From an uncultured Chloroflexia bacterium (GTDB taxonomy: Bacteria > Chloroflexota > Limnocylindria > Limnocylindrales > CSP1-4): DNA of 64,000 bases. The stretch covers positions 160,001 through 224,000 of the forward strand of contig OY970218.1 in NCBI GenBank assembly GCA_963713975.1, in the 5' to 3' direction. The notes under the pieces were generated by a model, which saw only the letters and a program-made list of their open reading frames with translations, searched no databases and was not told the origin of the DNA. Below, piece by piece: positions 9,065 to 18,746 of the stretch (position 1 is the stretch's first letter; each line of letters starts with the position of its first letter). Position numbers and translations under genes: made by a program.

Positions 9065-10291
9065 TCAACCGGCGGATCGCGCCCCGCTCCTGGGCCAGCG
9101 TGCGACCAGCACGCGTCGGCGGGCCGCGAGCCACAGCAGGGCGCCCGCGGCGATCCTGCCGCCACGGCCCCGGAACCGGCGCACGAGCCGCACGGCCATC
9201 CGCGGCACCCGCCCTCGCCCGAGATGGCGGTTGCGGTCGTCCCCGGGCCGGAGCAGCGGATCCGCCATCCTCCAGTACGCCGCCTTGGCCGAGCCCGGCA
9301 CGCGATCCCAGCGTGCGAGCGGCGGCCAGAACACGCGCTCGACGAGCGCCGCCGAGCCGTTGACCACATCGGCCGGCGCCGCCGCGATGAAGTCGCCGAG
9401 CGCCGTGAACAGGCGTCCCGTGCCCGGATCGGAGGCGTCGAGCGCCCGCGTCACGGGTCCCGCGAAGTCCGCACGCACCAGCCGGTCGAAGTAGCCCACC
9501 CGGATGACCTGGCGGGAAGCCTCGTCCGGGTACACGAGCGCCGCCTCGTCGCACACCGTCCGAAGCGCACCGACTGCGACGTCCACTGCGTCCGCCGCGC
9601 GTGCTGCGGAGGCGTGCTTGTCGGCCGTGATCGTCGACACGCGTTCGCCCGGGGCGGGCCTCGTCCACTCGTAGACCGTGTCGCCGATCACCTCGACGCG
9701 GTCTCGGGCACGCAGCAGCGCCCTGAGCGTCCACGGCTGATCGCCGAGCACCCTGCCCTCGAAGGTCAGCCCTTCGATGATGGAGCGATGGAAGAGCTTG
9801 CCCGTCCCGGAGGCGTAGAACAACAGCCCGGGATTGCGGACCAGCGACTTCCGCCCGGGATCCCGGATGTCGGGCTGGTCGTACAGGGTCGTGATCCACG
9901 TGTGCTCGCCGTCCGACCACACACGCTGGCCAATCACGGCGAGCGCGTCCGTCGCCCGTGCTGCCTGGACCAGGGCGGTGAGGCCCCCCGGCATCATCCG
10001 GTCATCGCTGTCCAGGAAGGTCAGCCATTCGCCCCGGATCAGCGGCAGCCCGAGATTGCGAGCCGCGGACGCCCCCCCGTTCTCTGGAGCGCGGACCAGG
10101 ACAACGCGCGGGTCGCGACCGGCGATCTCCTCCACGACGTCCGCCGTCCCGTCCGGCGACGCGTCGTCCACCACCACACATCGGACGTCGACCTCCGCCT
10201 CGTCCAGCACCGACGCGAGGGCCCGCACGATCGTGCCGGCAGCGTTCCAGCATGGGATGAGGACAGTGACCTGGGGTTCGGGATCGGCCAA
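9065..10291 (-). CDS. Family 2 glycosyltransferase
   Basis: Motifs VLIPCWN, VVDDASPD, NGGASAARNLG, FLDSDD. Confidence 0.88.
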   Translation of the reverse strand: MADPEPQVTVLIPCWNAAGTIVRALASVLDEAEVDVRCVVVDDASPDGTADVVEEIAGRDPRVVLVRAPENGGASAARNLGLPLIRGEWLTFLDSDDRMMPGGLTALVQAARATDALAVIGQRVWSDGEHTWITTLYDQPDIRDPGRKSLVRNPGLLFYASGTGKLFHRSIIEGLTFEGRVLGDQPWTLRALLRARDRVEVIGDTVYEWTRPAPGERVSTITADKHASAARAADAVDVAVGALRTVCDEAALVYPDEASRQVIRVGYFDRLVRADFAGPVTRALDASDPGTGRLFTALGDFIAAAPADVVNGSAALVERVFWPPLARWDRVPGSAKAAYWRMADPLLRPGDDRNRHLGRGRVPRMAVRLVRRFRGRGGRIAAGALLWLAARRRVLVARWPRSGARSAG

Positions 10292-10351
10292 CGGAGCTGC
10301 CCTCGATTGATGACGGATACGTGAGGATACGCTCTGTCCGGTCGACCACGA

Positions 10352-11197
10352 TCACCGGCGGCCCGCGTCCGGCCACGGGCCGCGGAGCCATTGCGACGAA
10401 ACCGCTCGCCGGAGGCGGCGCGCGACATCATCGAAGGCCGGGAGCGGGTGTCCGGTGGTCTCGTCGGCGTAGATCCCCCGCCGTACCTCGAGCATCACCG
10501 AGGCGACGCGGGCGTCCGTGCAGTGCCACGGGAGCGGGACCAGCGCTCCGCTGAATGGCCGGTCGACGGCGACCCGGAACCCCTCCACCTCGAGCGCGGC
10601 GCTAATGCCCGCCACCAGCCCCCGCGGCGTGTGGAACGGGTCCGTCCCCAGGCAGACATCCGGGCGGTCGGGATCCTGGTCCGGCTCCGAGGTAAGGGGC
10701 GCGCTCGCGAACGAGTGACAGTCCATGACCAGGCAGCGGCCAAACGCGTCCAGCATCTCCCCCACCAGCGCCGACAGGCCGGCGTGGTACGGCGCGTACC
10801 AGCGGTCGAGGAGGCGCTCGCGTTCGTGCGGGTCGTCCGAGCGAAGGGGCAGGCCGCTCGTGGTTCGCGTGTACACGGCGCCCTGGCCCATGCGGGCCAT
10901 CGGCTCGGCCGTGTCGTCCGGGAACCGCTCCGGGTCCACCACCAGCCTCGACACCCGGTTGACGAACAGGGTGCCGCCAAGGGTCCGGATCCACGCGACG
11001 AGGCGGTCGGTGTGCCAGTCCGTCATCCGCAGCAGCTCGGCCTCGAGGGCGCGATCGTCAAGCAGGATCCCGTTCCGCTCGCCGGCCGGGATCACTGCGG
11101 ACGCGTGCGGCACGTGACCGACGATCGGAAGCGGTGGGGCGGTGGGTCCGAGGATCTCGAACGCGGAGCGGCCGGGTTCGTCGCTCGCGTTGACCAA
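10352..11197 (-). CDS. N-formylglutamate amidohydrolase family protein
   Basis: Motifs HVPHAS, TDWHTD, SRLVVDPER, PYHAGL, DCHSF, RPDVCLG, MLEVRR. Probable TTG start at 11197 with GGAG upstream. Confidence 0.85.
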   Translation of the reverse strand: MVNASDEPGRSAFEILGPTAPPLPIVGHVPHASAVIPAGERNGILLDDRALEAELLRMTDWHTDRLVAWIRTLGGTLFVNRVSRLVVDPERFPDDTAEPMARMGQGAVYTRTTSGLPLRSDDPHERERLLDRWYAPYHAGLSALVGEMLDAFGRCLVMDCHSFASAPLTSEPDQDPDRPDVCLGTDPFHTPRGLVAGISAALEVEGFRVAVDRPFSGALVPLPWHCTDARVASVMLEVRRGIYADETTGHPLPAFDDVARRLRRAVSSQWLRGPWPDAGRR

Positions 11198-11229
11198 GCG
11201 TCCATTCTCCCGTATGCTCGATAATCGAT
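11190..11229 (+). promoter_or_regulatory. Sigma70-like promoter with TCGATAATCGA operator, upstream of the SDR-MBL-ADH-OsmC operon
   Basis: TTGACC (11190)-17 nt-TATGCT (11213). Palindrome TCGATAATCGA starts at 11218, overlapping the end of the -10. Confidence 0.7.
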
Positions 11230-11274
11230 GATCTGGCGCAGGGCGGTGCCTGGCAGGTCCGAGAAGGAGCATAG

Positions 11275-12060
11275 ATGAGCTATCTCGACAGCTTTAGCCT
11301 CGAGGGCAAGGTGGCCCTGGTCCCCGGTGGTGGCGGCGCGATCGGGGCGGCCATCGCGGGGGCACTGGCGGGCGCGGGCGCGAGGGTCGCCGTCGTGGAC
11401 GTGACCCAGGACCGCGCCGACGCATCCGCGGACACCATCCGCGCCAACGGCGCCGACGTCCTGGCGCTCGCCGCCGACGTGACCAGCGAGGCCGACTGCG
11501 AGCGCATCGTCGCTGCCACGGTGGAGCGGTTCGGCAGGCTAGACATCATCGTCAACTGCGTCGGCGGCGGCGCCGGCAAGGTGCTCCACGACGCCCAGGA
11601 CTACCCGCGGAACGACTGGGACTGGATCATGGAGCTCAACGTCCGCTCCACGCTGCTCGCGACCCAGGCCGCGGTGAAGGCGATGATCAAGGCCGGCAAC
11701 GGCGGTGCGGTCGTCAACATCAGCTCCGTGCGGGCCGACCTCGGCATCAACGCGGGTTACTCGGCGTACGTGGCGGCGAAGGGGGCGATCAGCTCCCTCA
11801 CTCGCCAGTGGGCCACCGAGTGGGCCAAGCACGGGATCCGGGTCAACGCCATCCGCCCCACGTTCGTGGACACGCCCCAGGTCGCCATGCTGCTTGACGA
11901 TCCGGCCTTCAAGGCCGGCGTCGTCGGCCGCATCCCGCTCGGGCGCGTGGGCGACACCGCCGACATGACCGGCCCCGTGGTGTTCCTGTGCTCGAACGCC
12001 GCTTCATTCGTCACCGGCCAGGTCCTGGGCGTCGACGGCGGACTGACCGCCACCCAGTAG
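11275..12060 (+). CDS. SDR-family oxidoreductase
   Basis: Motifs GGGGAIG, NISS, YVAAK, RVNAIRP, VDGG. AGGAG RBS upstream. Confidence 0.92.
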   Translation: MSYLDSFSLEGKVALVPGGGGAIGAAIAGALAGAGARVAVVDVTQDRADASADTIRANGADVLALAADVTSEADCERIVAATVERFGRLDIIVNCVGGGAGKVLHDAQDYPRNDWDWIMELNVRSTLLATQAAVKAMIKAGNGGAVVNISSVRADLGINAGYSAYVAAKGAISSLTRQWATEWAKHGIRVNAIRPTFVDTPQVAMLLDDPAFKAGVVGRIPLGRVGDTADMTGPVVFLCSNAASFVTGQVLGVDGGLTATQ

Positions 12061-12082
12061 TCCATTAGAGGGAGCCCACGCC

Positions 12083-12976
12083 ATGCAGCAGGTCACCGAC
12101 CGCATCTTCGCCGAGACGAAGGTGCGCGGCTGCAACCCGTCCTTCGTGCTCACGTCCAAGGGTCCCGTGGTCATCGACACCCCGCAGTTGCCGACGAAGG
12201 CCGTCGAGATGCGCAAGGCGGTCGAGGAGCACGGGACGATCCAGTACGTCATCAACACCGAGCACCACGTCGACCACATCTTCGGCAACTACTGGTTCAA
12301 GGGCGCCGGCCCGATCATCCACCACCAGGGCGTGCACGAGCGGTTCATGACCGTCTACCCGGAGCTGGACCCGTTCGCCTATGCGCTCGAGGCCCTGCCC
12401 ACCGACGACCCGGACGGCGCCGCGCTGGTGCCCGACCGCGAGACCTACTACGCGAACATGGGCACGGCCGACATCGTCTTCTCCGGCGATGTGACCCTCA
12501 AGGTCGGCGACCGGACCTTCCACCTGCTCCATACCCCGGGTCACACGCCGGGCCAGGTCGCGGTGTACGTGCCCGAAGAGCGGGCCGTGTTCACGGGCGA
12601 CACCATCTTCTCCGAGTGCACGACGTGGCTGATGACCTCGGACGTGGAGCAGTGGATCGCGGCGCTCGACCGGATCCGCGCCCTCGACATCGACATCGTC
12701 ATCCCGGGCCACGGTCCGGTCCAGGACAAGGCCTACCTCGCGACCCAGCGCTCGTTCATGCTCGAGTGGAAGGCCGCCGTGGCGGTGGCCGTGGCCAAGG
12801 GCTGGTCCCGCGAGGAGACCATGGCGCGGGTGAGCTTCGCCGAGCGCTATCCGGTGGACATCGGGCAGGAATACATGATGGATTACATCCAGGAGCGGAA
12901 CGCCGGGGCCCTCTACGACAAGTTCACGGCCCCCACCAACACGACCTATCCCGCCAAGGAAGCGCCGCCGCGCTGA
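12083..12976 (+). CDS. MBL-fold metallo-hydrolase
   Basis: Motifs VIDTP, TEHHVDHIFGN, HTPGHT, FTGDT, PGHG. Confidence 0.9.
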   Translation: MQQVTDRIFAETKVRGCNPSFVLTSKGPVVIDTPQLPTKAVEMRKAVEEHGTIQYVINTEHHVDHIFGNYWFKGAGPIIHHQGVHERFMTVYPELDPFAYALEALPTDDPDGAALVPDRETYYANMGTADIVFSGDVTLKVGDRTFHLLHTPGHTPGQVAVYVPEERAVFTGDTIFSECTTWLMTSDVEQWIAALDRIRALDIDIVIPGHGPVQDKAYLATQRSFMLEWKAAVAVAVAKGWSREETMARVSFAERYPVDIGQEYMMDYIQERNAGALYDKFTAPTNTTYPAKEAPPR

Positions 12977-13038
12977 TCGCCTCGCCGGCGTGGCCGGACC
13001 GCCTGGCGTCCGGCCAACCATCTGAAGGAGGCATCACG

Positions 13039-14103
13039 ATGTCCGCCCTGCCTGCCACGATGGAGGCCCTCGTCGTCCTCGAGCCCTCGGTGCTCGAGAT
13101 CCAGGAGGTCCCCGTCCCGGTGCCCGGACCCAACGAGGTCCTCGCGCGGGTCCGCGCCGTGTCCATCTGCGGCACCGACGCCCACCTCATCCGGGGCGAC
13201 TACCCGGGCTTCTGGCCGCCCGCATTCCCGTTCATCCCGGGCCACGAGTGGGCGGGCGAGATCGCGGCTCTGGGCCCCGGTGCCGAGCGCTTCGGCTGGC
13301 AGGTGGGCGACCGCGTGGCCGGCACCAGCCACGACGCCTGCGGCGTGTGCCGCGAATGCGTGGAAGGCCGCTACAACCTGTGCGAGAACTACGGGCGCGA
13401 GGGGCTGCACCGCCAGTACGGCCACAGCGTCCAGGGTGCCAATGCCACATACGTGGTCCAGGGCGTCAAGACCATCTTCGCGCTCCCCAACGGCCTCACG
13501 TTCGAGGACGGGGCGCTGATCGATCCGGCGTCCATCGCCCTCCACGTCGCCAACCGCGGCAACATCACCCCGGGCGACACCGTGGCCATCACCGGCGCCG
13601 GGGCGATCGGGCTCCTGGGCGGCGACGCCGCGCGCATCCGCGGCGCCGGCCGCGTGATCGTGGTGGGCCGGGGCCACCGCCTCCAGAAGGCGGCGGCGAT
13701 GGGCTTCGAGACCGTCAACACCGCCGCCGGCGATCCGGTTGGCCAGGTCCGGGCGATGACCGGCGGCCTCGGCGCTGACGTCGTGCTCGAGTGCGCCGGC
13801 GTCCCGCAGATGGTCGAGGCGGCGCTCGAGATGCTCCGGCGCGGGGGCCGGTGCGCGGCCGTCGGCATCCCCACGGTGGGCGTGGAGATCGCCATGCAGC
13901 GTCTTGTCCTGGACGAGCTGGAGCTGGTTGGCTCACGGGCCTCGGCGGGCGAGATGCGCCGCGTGATCCCGCACGTCGAGCAGGGCAACATGCGCGTCCG
14001 CGAGATGGTGACGCACCGGTTTGCGCTGGTGGACTACGCGGAGGCCCTGGCGACCTTCAACGACCGTTCGAGCGGGGCGATCAAGATCCTCGTCAACCCG
14101 TAA
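13039..14103 (+). CDS. Zinc-dependent alcohol dehydrogenase (MDR), copy 1
   Basis: Motifs ICGTD, GHEWAG, CGVCRECVEGRYNLC, GAGAIG. GAAGGAGG RBS upstream. Confidence 0.93.
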   Translation: MSALPATMEALVVLEPSVLEIQEVPVPVPGPNEVLARVRAVSICGTDAHLIRGDYPGFWPPAFPFIPGHEWAGEIAALGPGAERFGWQVGDRVAGTSHDACGVCRECVEGRYNLCENYGREGLHRQYGHSVQGANATYVVQGVKTIFALPNGLTFEDGALIDPASIALHVANRGNITPGDTVAITGAGAIGLLGGDAARIRGAGRVIVVGRGHRLQKAAAMGFETVNTAAGDPVGQVRAMTGGLGADVVLECAGVPQMVEAALEMLRRGGRCAAVGIPTVGVEIAMQRLVLDELELVGSRASAGEMRRVIPHVEQGNMRVREMVTHRFALVDYAEALATFNDRSSGAIKILVNP

Positions 14104-14115
14104 GGAGCGCCTCAC

Positions 14116-14622
14116 GTGTCACCTGGCAAGCCGACGCTCGACCCGTCACCGGTCGTCTACCGGTCGCTGGTCCGGATCGAGCCCGGTCCCGACAAGTCGA
14201 AGCTGGTATTCCTCCCCGCCGAGGAGGATCCGGTGATCATGGGCTTTCAGGGCGACCTGGCCCCGCGCTTCGGGCTTGTCGAGGGGTCCTACACGCCGCG
14301 GGCTTCGACGCTCGACTACCTCGTCGGGGCAACGGCCGGATGCATGACGGGGGTCTTCGCCGCCGGCCTGAAGGCCCGCTCCATCCCGGTCGACCGCGAC
14401 AGCCTCGAGGTCGAGGCCACTGGGGAGGTCGAGACCGAGGGAGGCATCCTCGTACTCCGGCGGATCCACGTGGTGCTGCACCTCCGCGCGAGGGAGACCG
14501 ACCGCGCTGCCGCGACGCGGTTGGCCGCGACCTACGAACAGGCGTGTCCGGTCTACCGCTCGCTGCACTCGACGATCGACATCACCTCGGAGCTCGACTT
14601 CCGGGCGATCGCCGACCAGTAG
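14116..14622 (+). CDS. OsmC-family protein
   Basis: Cys pair ATAGC...ACPVYRSL with the OsmC-like LRRIHV strand. Confidence 0.75.
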   Translation: MSPGKPTLDPSPVVYRSLVRIEPGPDKSKLVFLPAEEDPVIMGFQGDLAPRFGLVEGSYTPRASTLDYLVGATAGCMTGVFAAGLKARSIPVDRDSLEVEATGEVETEGGILVLRRIHVVLHLRARETDRAAATRLAATYEQACPVYRSLHSTIDITSELDFRAIADQ

Positions 14623-14682
14623 CGCGGGCGCGCATACGGATCCTGGTTTGCCAGCAGCTGGCGGCCGCTGGCCGGCACAGGT

Positions 14683-15453
14683 TCAGATCGCGTCCGACAA
14701 CCCCAGGGTCAGCCCGCCGTCGATGTCGATGACCGCGCCGGTCACCCAGCGCCCGCCGTCGCCCGCGAGCCAGGCCACGGCCTCGGCGATGTCGCTCCCC
14801 TGCCCCACCGATGACAGGGCCTGACGGCCGAAGTGCATGCCGGTCTCGAACCGGGTCCGCTCCTCGTCCTCCGTTGCCCCGCGCAGCTCCGACGGGATGA
14901 TGCCCGGGCGGATGCAGTTGACGCGGATCCCGTCGCGGCCGAGATCCGCAGCAAGGGCTCGGGTCATCGCCTCGACCGCGGCCTTGCTGGCCACGTAACC
15001 GAACCGTCCGTGCGGCGGCCGGCCGACCACCGTCGACCCGAGGTTGACGACCATCCCGCGGCTCCGCCGGAGCTCCGGGAGGGCGGCACGGATCATCAGG
15101 AACACGCTCACGACGTTCCCGCGCAGCATGCCCTCGAGGTCCGCGAGGGCGAGCTGCTCCAGGCCGCCCTGGACCTCGGCGCCGGCGTTGTTGACCAGGA
15201 CGTCGATGCCGCCCAGCTCATGGACTGCCGCCGCCACGAGGGCCTCCACGTCGGCCTCGACCGTGACGTCCGCACGGCATGGGACCACGCGGCCGGGGAC
15301 GCCGGCAAGCTCCGAGGCGAGTGCCTCGAGCCGCTCGAGGCGGCGACCGACGGCGACGACCTGCGCACCGCGACCGGCAAGCATCCGGACGGTGTGTGCA
15401 CCCAGCCCTGCCGACGCGCCGGTGACGATGATCCGGCGACCCTCGATGGTCAT
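14683..15453 (-). CDS. SDR-family oxidoreductase
   Basis: Motifs TGASAGLG, NNAG, YVASK, RVNCIRPG, IDGG. Confidence 0.9.
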   Translation of the reverse strand: MTIEGRRIIVTGASAGLGAHTVRMLAGRGAQVVAVGRRLERLEALASELAGVPGRVVPCRADVTVEADVEALVAAAVHELGGIDVLVNNAGAEVQGGLEQLALADLEGMLRGNVVSVFLMIRAALPELRRSRGMVVNLGSTVVGRPPHGRFGYVASKAAVEAMTRALAADLGRDGIRVNCIRPGIIPSELRGATEDEERTRFETGMHFGRQALSSVGQGSDIAEAVAWLAGDGGRWVTGAVIDIDGGLTLGLSDAI

Positions 15454-15472
15454 TGCCTCACCTCCGCCGCGG

Positions 15473-17605
15473 TCAGGCCCGGCCCGCCGCCACCTCACCG
15501 GCCCGGGTGCGGCCGGCCAGGAGGATCAGGTCCTCGTGGAGCTCGAACCAGACACCGTGGTAGCTGTCAACACGCGGCGACGCGATGTACTTGCCGTTCC
15601 CGCCGGCTGCGGCGGCGGCTGCCGCCCCCAGGCGCGCCCCGTAGTGGGCGAGCCGCTGCAGGCCGGTGACCAGGGGGCTGAGCCACGCATCGACATCGGC
15701 GTGGAGCTCGGCCAGACTGGCGAGCACGGCGGCGTCGTAGGCCGCATCGGCGTGGTCGTTGATCTGGCCCTCGCCCTTCATCTGCCAGGAGGTGACGATC
15801 TGCTTCATCCGCTTGTCGAGCGCCACGAACGCGTCCAGCGCGGCCCCGGCCGCCTCGGTGCCCCACGCCGTCCTGTCCTCTGCGAGCCGCTCTATCCCCA
15901 CCGACTTGCCGTCGGCGGTCAGCCGGAATGAGCCCGCGGCGAGCTCCGCAAGTCCATCGGCGACAAGCCGGTCGAGGAGCGCCGCGGCATCCTCGGCGCC
16001 GCAGCCCAGCGCCGCGGCCATGCCGGCGGCATCGCAATAGCCCTTGATCGCCAGCACGCGGATGGCGAGCTCCGGGGAGGCACCGTCGCCGGTGCCCGGG
16101 ACCCGCTCCGTCATGGTCGCCTCCTCCGTCGCGGTCCCCTCTCCCGCCAGCTCGATGCCAAGCTCGTGTGCCCAAGCGGCCAGGATCTTCGCCTCGGGAA
16201 CGACCGTCGCCACGCCGGCGGCCATGCCCTCGAACACCTCGCCGGTCGCCCCGTCGATCGTGATGACCGTGCCGGCCGCCAACGTCAGTCCGCCCATGCT
16301 GACGCCCCCGGCGCCGATCATGACACCCGAGGCGCCCACCACGGCCGGGATCCCCCAGCCACGCGCAACCACCGCCGCGTGCGACGCGAAGCCGCCGGTC
16401 GTGGTCAGGATGCCCCGGCTGCGGGACATGCCGTGGACGTCGTCGGGCGAGGTCTCGGCCCGCACAAGGATCGCATCCCGGCCGGCGTCGGCGACGGCAA
16501 CCGCGTCCTCGGGCGTGAGGCATATCTCGCCGCAGGCGACGCCCGGCGAGGCCGGCAGGCCGGTGGCCAAGACCGGCCCGGCGTCGGAGCGCTCGCTCAC
16601 CGTGCTCGGCGGGGCGGCGAGGATCGCAGTCACCCGGCGCACCGCCTCCGCGCGGGTCAGTGGGAACTCCGGGTCTTCGGCCATCTCCAAGGCCATCCGC
16701 AGGGCGGCCTGCGGGGTGCGCTTGCCGATCCGGACCTGGAGCATCCACAGCCGGCCCTGCTCGATCGTGAACTCGATGTCGCAGCAGTCACGGTAGTGCT
16801 GCTCGAGCGTTTCGGCGTAGCGGCGCAGCTCCGCCGCCACCTCCGGCAGCTGCCTGTCGAGGCACGTGATCGGCTCGGTCGAGTGCGTCCCTGCGACGAC
16901 GTCCTCGCCCTGGGCGTCGAACATCACGTCACCGTAGAGCGTGTCCTCGCCGGTCGCGGGGTTGCGGGTGAACAGCACGCCGGTCCCGGAGTCGGCACCG
17001 CGATTGCCGAATACCATCGCCTGGACCGTCACGCCGGTACCCAGCTCGTCGCTGATGCCCTCGTGCTCGCGATACGCCTTGGCCCGGGGCGAGTTCCAAG
17101 ACCGGAACACCGCCTCGATGGCGCCTCGAAGCTGTGCCCACGGGTCGACCGGCACCTCGTCCACGCCCACGACGTCCCGGTAGATTGCGTGGAAGCGGTC
17201 GTGGCAGTTGCGTGCGAACCCGGGGTTCCCCGAGACGGTCGCGAGGCCAGCCTCGGTGTCGCGGTTGAGTCCGAGATTGAGGATCGTGTCCATCATCCCC
17301 GGCATGGACCGAGGGGCCCCGCTCCGAACCGACACCAAGAGCGGGTCGGCGGGATCGCCGAACCGCCGCCCGACCTGGGCCTCGAGGGCGACCATCGCCG
17401 TGCGCAGCTCGGCGTCGAGACCGTTTGGCCAGCCGGTCGCGAGGTAGGCCTTGCAGGCCTCGGTCGTGATCGTGAACGCCGGGGGAACCGGGAGGCAGAG
17501 GTCCACGGCCATCGTCGCGATGTTCGCGGCCTTGCCGCCCAGCAGCAGCGTGGTCGCGGCAGGGTCGAGGTCGTGGCGGTGATCGTAGGCGTAGACGTAC
17601 GGCAC
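15473..17605 (-). CDS. Truncated pyruvate,phosphate dikinase-like protein: ATP-grasp and phospho-His domains, no pyruvate barrel, fused unknown C-terminal domain
   Basis: Motifs LLGGKAAN, VSVRSGA..SMPGMMDTILNLG, QAMVFGN, DIEFTIE, GGFASHAAVVAR. The C-terminal ~210 aa end in DSYHGVWFELHEDL and do not resemble the PPDK TIM barrel. Confidence 0.85.
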   Translation of the reverse strand: MPYVYAYDHRHDLDPAATTLLLGGKAANIATMAVDLCLPVPPAFTITTEACKAYLATGWPNGLDAELRTAMVALEAQVGRRFGDPADPLLVSVRSGAPRSMPGMMDTILNLGLNRDTEAGLATVSGNPGFARNCHDRFHAIYRDVVGVDEVPVDPWAQLRGAIEAVFRSWNSPRAKAYREHEGISDELGTGVTVQAMVFGNRGADSGTGVLFTRNPATGEDTLYGDVMFDAQGEDVVAGTHSTEPITCLDRQLPEVAAELRRYAETLEQHYRDCCDIEFTIEQGRLWMLQVRIGKRTPQAALRMALEMAEDPEFPLTRAEAVRRVTAILAAPPSTVSERSDAGPVLATGLPASPGVACGEICLTPEDAVAVADAGRDAILVRAETSPDDVHGMSRSRGILTTTGGFASHAAVVARGWGIPAVVGASGVMIGAGGVSMGGLTLAAGTVITIDGATGEVFEGMAAGVATVVPEAKILAAWAHELGIELAGEGTATEEATMTERVPGTGDGASPELAIRVLAIKGYCDAAGMAAALGCGAEDAAALLDRLVADGLAELAAGSFRLTADGKSVGIERLAEDRTAWGTEAAGAALDAFVALDKRMKQIVTSWQMKGEGQINDHADAAYDAAVLASLAELHADVDAWLSPLVTGLQRLAHYGARLGAAAAAAAGGNGKYIASPRVDSYHGVWFELHEDLILLAGRTRAGEVAAGRA

Positions 17606-17645
17606 GGGAGCTGGCTCTCCTCGGAACGTGGGTTAGATCTGGCCC

Positions 17646-18713
17646 TCAGGGCTCGACGATGATCTTGATCGCTCCGCTGCCGGGGTCGTTGAACGTCGCC
17701 AGGGCGGACGGGTAGTCGCTCAGCGGGAAGTGGTGCGTGATGACGTCGTCGACCCTGATCCGGTTCTGCTCGACCAGGGGCATCACACGCCGCATCTCGC
17801 CCGCGGTCGCGCGGCAACCGACAAGCTCGAGCTCGTCCAGGACCAGGCGCTGCATCGCGATCTCGACACCGGTTGTGGGGATCCCGACGGCCGCGCACCG
17901 TCCGCCGCGGCGGAGCATGCCGAGGGCCATCTGCACAGTGACGGGCACGCCTGCGCATTCGAGGACCACGTCCACGCCCAGGCCGCCGGTCATCGCCCGC
18001 ACGGTGGCCACGGGGTCTCCGGCGCCCGAGTCGACCGCCTCGAAGCCCATCGAGCGGGCCTTTGCGAGGCGACCGGGGTTGTTCTCCAGCAGGATCACGC
18101 GGCCGGCGCCACGGACGAGCGCGGCGTCGCCGCCCAGGAGCCCGATCGCCCCGGCGCCGGTGATGGCCACGGTGTCGCCCGGGGTGATGTTGCCGCGGTT
18201 GGCGACGTGGAGGGCGATGGACGCCGGATCGATGACGGCACCCTGCGCGAAGGACAGGCCATCCGGCAGGGGGAACACGCACTTCACCCCGTGGACCGCG
18301 TAGGTGGCGTCCACGCCCTGGACGCTGTGGCCGTACTGCTTGTGGAGGCCGGGCTTGCCGTAGTTGTCGCAGAGGTTGTAGCGGCCTTCCACGCACATCT
18401 GGCACACGCCGCAGGCGTCGTGGCTGGTGCCGGCCACGCGGTCGCCCACCTGCCAGCCGAAGCGCTCGGCACCGGGGCCCAGAGCCGCGATCTCGCCCGC
18501 CCACTCGTGGCCCGGGATGAACGGGAATGCGGGCGGCCAGAAGCCCGGGTAGTCGCCCCGGATGAGGTGGGCGTCGGTGCCGCAGATGGACACGGCGCGG
18601 ACCCGCGCGAGGACCTCGTTGGGTCCGGGCACCGGGACGGGGACCTCCTGGATCTCGAGCACCGAGGGCTCGAGGACGACGAGGGCCTCCATCGTGGCAG
18701 GCAGGGCGGACAT
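17646..18713 (-). CDS. Zinc-dependent alcohol dehydrogenase (MDR), copy 2
   Basis: Same motifs as 13039-14103; the first ~104 aa are identical. Confidence 0.93.
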   Translation of the reverse strand: MSALPATMEALVVLEPSVLEIQEVPVPVPGPNEVLARVRAVSICGTDAHLIRGDYPGFWPPAFPFIPGHEWAGEIAALGPGAERFGWQVGDRVAGTSHDACGVCQMCVEGRYNLCDNYGKPGLHKQYGHSVQGVDATYAVHGVKCVFPLPDGLSFAQGAVIDPASIALHVANRGNITPGDTVAITGAGAIGLLGGDAALVRGAGRVILLENNPGRLAKARSMGFEAVDSGAGDPVATVRAMTGGLGVDVVLECAGVPVTVQMALGMLRRGGRCAAVGIPTTGVEIAMQRLVLDELELVGCRATAGEMRRVMPLVEQNRIRVDDVITHHFPLSDYPSALATFNDPGSGAIKIIVEP

Positions 18714-18746
18714 CAGTGCTGGCTCCTCTTGGGGCGGACGCGGGGA

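Larger units (their letters stand above)
13039..18713. repeat. Inverted repeat formed by the two ADH genes (13039-13351 vs 18401-18713; 13519-13633 vs 18119-18233)
   Basis: By-eye comparison: both blocks match the reverse complement, including synonymous positions, while intervening and 3' parts differ. Confidence 0.85.
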
